In this document: piece after piece, positions 60,733 to 64,000 of the stretch
Numbering within the stretch: position 1 is the stretch's first letter
Layout: each line of letters opens with the position of its first letter
NCBI GenBank assembly: GCA_963730185.1
Contig: CAVSQW010000007.1
Span: forward strand, 512,001 to 576,000
Source: an uncultured Gemmatimonadales bacterium
GTDB lineage: Bacteria; Gemmatimonadota; Gemmatimonadetes; Gemmatimonadales; GWC2-71-9
Direction of reading: 5' to 3'
Length of the DNA: 64,000 bases
Translations under genes and position numbers: made by a program
Notes under the pieces: model-generated
The model's database searches: none
Told to the model about the DNA's origin: nothing
The model's input: the letters and a program-made list of their open reading frames with translations, nothing else

Positions 60733-60936
60733 GTCCAATAGATAGCCCGTCGCGGCCGGGTGGGCCAAGGACCCCTCGGGCGGGGTCGGGGGGTGCGAAG
60801 TCGGCATTGGCTGTAATGCTGGGTTAAGGTGCCGAGAGCTAGGTTGCCTGCGGATTCCGGACGGAGCTTTGGGCGACGGTTCGGGCCGGATTCCCACCTT
60901 CATGCATTCCGACCCTGTCGCCCTGTGGAGACACCC

Positions 60937-61224
60937 ATGCGTTCGTCGATGTTGTCCGTGGCCACGTTGCTGGCTTTGGGAGTGGCGGTACCGGTCGTGG
61001 CGCAGCAGGCCAAGCCGGTCGCCAAGACCCATCGGGCGATGACGGTGGCCGCGAAGACCCCTCACCGCCAAGCGCCGGCCGACACCACCAAGCGCAAGGC
61101 CAAGCATCACCGGTCCAAGGCCATGAAGCCGGCGACCACTCCCGCGGCCACCCCGGCCCCCGGCAAGAGAATGACCCACAAGCGGGCCAAGCCCGATTCG
61201 ACGAAAAAGCCCTCCCAGCGGTAG
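60937..61224 (+). CDS. Small secreted Lys/Ala/His-rich protein
   Basis: RBS GGAG, signal peptide VVA-QQ, low-complexity basic mature region. Confidence 0.7.
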   Translation: MRSSMLSVATLLALGVAVPVVAQQAKPVAKTHRAMTVAAKTPHRQAPADTTKRKAKHHRSKAMKPATTPAATPAPGKRMTHKRAKPDSTKKPSQR

Positions 61225-61238
61225 CCATCCTTCGCCGC

Positions 61239-61859
61239 TCAAGAGTCCCGGCGGTCCGGTGTCACCGGGCCGCCGGGCTCGTCGTTTCTCGGCGGGGGTG
61301 GGGCGTTTGCCGGGGCCGGGCCGGTGACCCGCCGGGAGCGGACCCGATGGAGCCGCACCCGCTTCGGGCCGGTCGGGATGACCGAGATGGTTCCGTCCAT
61401 CTCCAGCACGGCCGTCTCCACGCCAGCCACGCCGGCGATGCCGTGCTCCCGGATGGCGGTGCGGAGCTCGGCCTCGCTGATTCCCTCCCGGGCCAGGCGG
61501 TCGGCGTAGATCTCCCCCTGATGGACCAGCAGAGCCGGCTCGGGCTCGAACCGGCGCCGGAGCGGGTTCACCCGGACGATGACCCGGTTCGAGACGAGCA
61601 GCACCCCGGCGCCGAGCAAGCCGCCGACCAGGCTGTTGTCGGGCCCGATCATCGCGTTCTGGACGGTATTGGAGAGGAGGAGCAGGGTGAGGAGGTCGAA
61701 CGGGGTGAGCTGGGATAGCACCCGGCGCCCGGTGACCTGGATGGCGAACAGCAGGACGCCATAGACCAGGATGACCCGGATCGCGGTCCCGGCCACGGTG
61801 GTCGGATCGCCGAGGGCCGAGGTCAGGAGCTGGTGCACCGCAGGCGCGAGCGCGGACAT
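61239..61859 (-). CDS. DUF421/YetF-family membrane protein
   Basis: GRRVLSQLTPFDL, LRTAIREHG, AVLEMDGTISVI. Confidence 0.88.
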   Translation of the reverse strand: MSALAPAVHQLLTSALGDPTTVAGTAIRVILVYGVLLFAIQVTGRRVLSQLTPFDLLTLLLLSNTVQNAMIGPDNSLVGGLLGAGVLLVSNRVIVRVNPLRRRFEPEPALLVHQGEIYADRLAREGISEAELRTAIREHGIAGVAGVETAVLEMDGTISVIPTGPKRVRLHRVRSRRVTGPAPANAPPPPRNDEPGGPVTPDRRDS

Positions 61860-61967
61860 GCCGCCTCCGTTGAAGGGGTCGACCGGATGGCTGCGACCGA
61901 CCCGAACGGTAAACGCCCACCCGGCCAAGCCGGGTGGGCGTCATGCCGCGGGTGCGCGGGCCGGGGC

Positions 61968-63527
61968 TCACTCGTGATCGCCGGCGCTCAACTGGACCCG
62001 CTCCACCCGGCCGGCCTTGGCGCGGCCGTTGTAGATCCGGAGGCTGACGATGTCGCCGGCCTTGTGGTCGGCCAGCGCCCGACGGAGGTCCTTCACGGTG
62101 TGGACCGATTGGCCTTCGACGCTCTCGATCACGTCGGGTCCGCCGGCGTCTGGCGGGGCCAGGTGTCCGGCCACGGCGCTCTCGGGGTCGACATCGGTGA
62201 CCACCAGACCCTGGACCGTCGACGGCAGGCCGAGCTGATCGGCGAGGTCGGCGGTGAGGGGGGTCACCTGGATACCGAGCGAGGCGACGCCGTTGGCGGA
62301 GTTGTCGGAGTCGTTCGCCCCGTTGGCGTGGCTCGAGGTCCGGGTGTCGCTCTTGACGGCCTCGAGTTTGACCTCGATCGTCTTCCGAGCGCCGCCCTTC
62401 CGGGCGACCTCGACGTTGACGTCGTCACCGGGGTGGCGGAAGGCAACCCGCTCCTGGAGCTGGGCCACGTAGTCGACCGGCTGGCCGTCGATGGCGATGA
62501 TCACGTCGCCGGGCTCGAGCCCCGCTTTCTTGGCGGGCGAGCCGTCGTCGAAGTCCTCGACCAGGACCCCGTGGATGCTGTCGAGCCCGACGTACTGGGC
62601 GTCTTCCTCGCTGGCGTCGCGGGCCAGGACGCCCAGGGCGGCGCGGCTCACGTGGCCGGACTTGACGATCTGCTCCATGACCTTCCGAGCCAGGTCGATC
62701 GGGACCGCGAAGCCGTACCCGGAGTAGCTACCGGTGGGGCTCGCGATGGCGCTGTTGATGCCGATCACCTCGCCCCGGGTGTTGACGAGGGGGCCGCCCG
62801 AGTTGCCCGGGTTGATCGCGGCGTCGGTCTGGATGAAGTCCTGGATGCTCCGGGACGACTGGTTGGGGAGCTGGAGGGCGCGTCCCTTGGCGCTCACGAT
62901 TCCCGAGGTGACGGTGAAGGTGAGGTTCTCGCCGAACGGGTTGCCGACCGCCAGGACCCACTCGCCGACCCGGGTGTCGTCGCTCGATCCGAGCGGGGCG
63001 GGCGTGAGGTGATCGGCGTCGATCTTGAGGACGGCGACGTCGGTGGTGGGGTCGGTCCCGACCACCTTGGCGTCGTATTCCCGCCGGTCCAGGAGCCGAA
63101 CCCGGACCTGTTTGGCGCCGTCGACCACGTGGTTGTTGGTGAGGATGTAGCCATCGCCCGAGACGATGAAGCCGGAGCCGGAACTGGCCATCATCGGGGC
63201 CTTGTCCTGGCCCTTCGACCGAGGCCGGTCGGGCAGGTCGAAGAACTGGCGGAACTCGGGCGGAATGTCCATCCCGACCTGCTGGACTTCGCCGGGCCGT
63301 TTGGCGGTGACGTAGACGACGCTGGGCTTGATGTGCTCTGCGACGTCCGAGAACGCGTTGCTCAGGGCGTCGAGGGTGTTGATGGCGGCGGTCGACGCGA
63401 CCGGATGGGCGGGCGCCGCGTGGATCGCATTAGGCGGCGAGCCCAGGCGGAAGAGACCGACGGCCGCGACGACCGCGAGGGTCGTCACGCCGGCGACTCG
63501 TCCCGTGGTGAGTAGGCGACGGTACAT
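61968..63527 (-). CDS. degP: HtrA/DegP serine protease with two PDZ domains
   Basis: GSGFIV..LTNNHVV, DVAVLK, QTDAAINPGNSGGPL; RBS AAGGAGG. Confidence 0.93.
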   Translation of the reverse strand: MYRRLLTTGRVAGVTTLAVVAAVGLFRLGSPPNAIHAAPAHPVASTAAINTLDALSNAFSDVAEHIKPSVVYVTAKRPGEVQQVGMDIPPEFRQFFDLPDRPRSKGQDKAPMMASSGSGFIVSGDGYILTNNHVVDGAKQVRVRLLDRREYDAKVVGTDPTTDVAVLKIDADHLTPAPLGSSDDTRVGEWVLAVGNPFGENLTFTVTSGIVSAKGRALQLPNQSSRSIQDFIQTDAAINPGNSGGPLVNTRGEVIGINSAIASPTGSYSGYGFAVPIDLARKVMEQIVKSGHVSRAALGVLARDASEEDAQYVGLDSIHGVLVEDFDDGSPAKKAGLEPGDVIIAIDGQPVDYVAQLQERVAFRHPGDDVNVEVARKGGARKTIEVKLEAVKSDTRTSSHANGANDSDNSANGVASLGIQVTPLTADLADQLGLPSTVQGLVVTDVDPESAVAGHLAPPDAGGPDVIESVEGQSVHTVKDLRRALADHKAGDIVSLRIYNGRAKAGRVERVQLSAGDHE

Positions 63528-63763
63528 GGAATTCCTCCTTACGGGTTGGCGGCAGTTCGGACCACGTGGTGATCCGACCCTGTCCGCAGGGTCCGACAGG
63601 AGGATACCGGCTGGCACCTGAATGCCCGATTAACAGCATGATCCGCTTCGACTTAGGGTATTTCGGCAGGGCTGGGCGGGGGGCGGTATCTTGAGGAGAG
63701 TCGGGGCCGGTGCCGCCCCGCCACCATCTTCCTGACCGTCCGGGTGCCAGGAGCGCCGACGCC

Positions 63764-64000
63764 ATGACATCTCCCGAGCTCGACGCGCCGTCGCCGACCT
63801 CGGTCGACGCGGCCCCGACCCGGCTGCCGAGCCGCCTGACCCGGTGGGTTGGCCCGATCCTGGTGCTGCTGGTGCTGGTCGTGGCGGGCCTGGCCCTCCA
63901 CAACGAGCTCCGCCACTTCCGCTACCACGACATCGCCCGGGCGCTGGCGGCGCTCTCCCGCGAACGCTTGCTCCTGGCCGTTGGGCTCGCGCTCTCCGCC
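63764..64000 (+). CDS. MprF-like lysylphosphatidylglycerol flippase/synthase, N-terminus (3' truncated)
   Basis: TM then LHNELRHFRYHDIARALAALSRERLLLA, resembling MprF N-termini. Confidence 0.6.
   Translation, partial: MTSPELDAPSPTSVDAAPTRLPSRLTRWVGPILVLLVLVVAGLALHNELRHFRYHDIARALAALSRERLLLAVGLALSA

Overview
High-GC bacterial chromosomal window. The gene content (BTAD-TolB-TPR regulator, VPS10/BNR protein, Ig-like and beta-barrel proteins, many amidohydrolases) suggests Gemmatimonadota, but this is an inference. It holds about 55 CDS and 8 tRNA genes, none with an encoded CCA. Recognisable content includes icd, galE, ggt, an ECF sigma/ZAS anti-sigma pair, a Cu-handling SCO-CtaG-CopC-CopD operon, a comDE-like TPP decarboxylase pair, an OmpR-family two-component system and degP. 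I found no integrase, transposase or CRISPR array. The best candidate for an undescribed system is 9977-13228: a small soluble protein with a C-terminal CPPYC motif, a stand-alone 7TM protein, a histidine kinase with almost no sensor domain, a NarL-type regulator and a small Cys-motif gene. Two pairs of 16-bp boxes (CTAGGGATTTCCCTAG-like) with identical geometry lie upstream of the kinase and of the last gene, suggesting a split receptor with positive feedback. Two nearby frameshifts (about 16445 and 16840) look like sequencing indels. All annotations come from reading motifs by eye; no database search was run.
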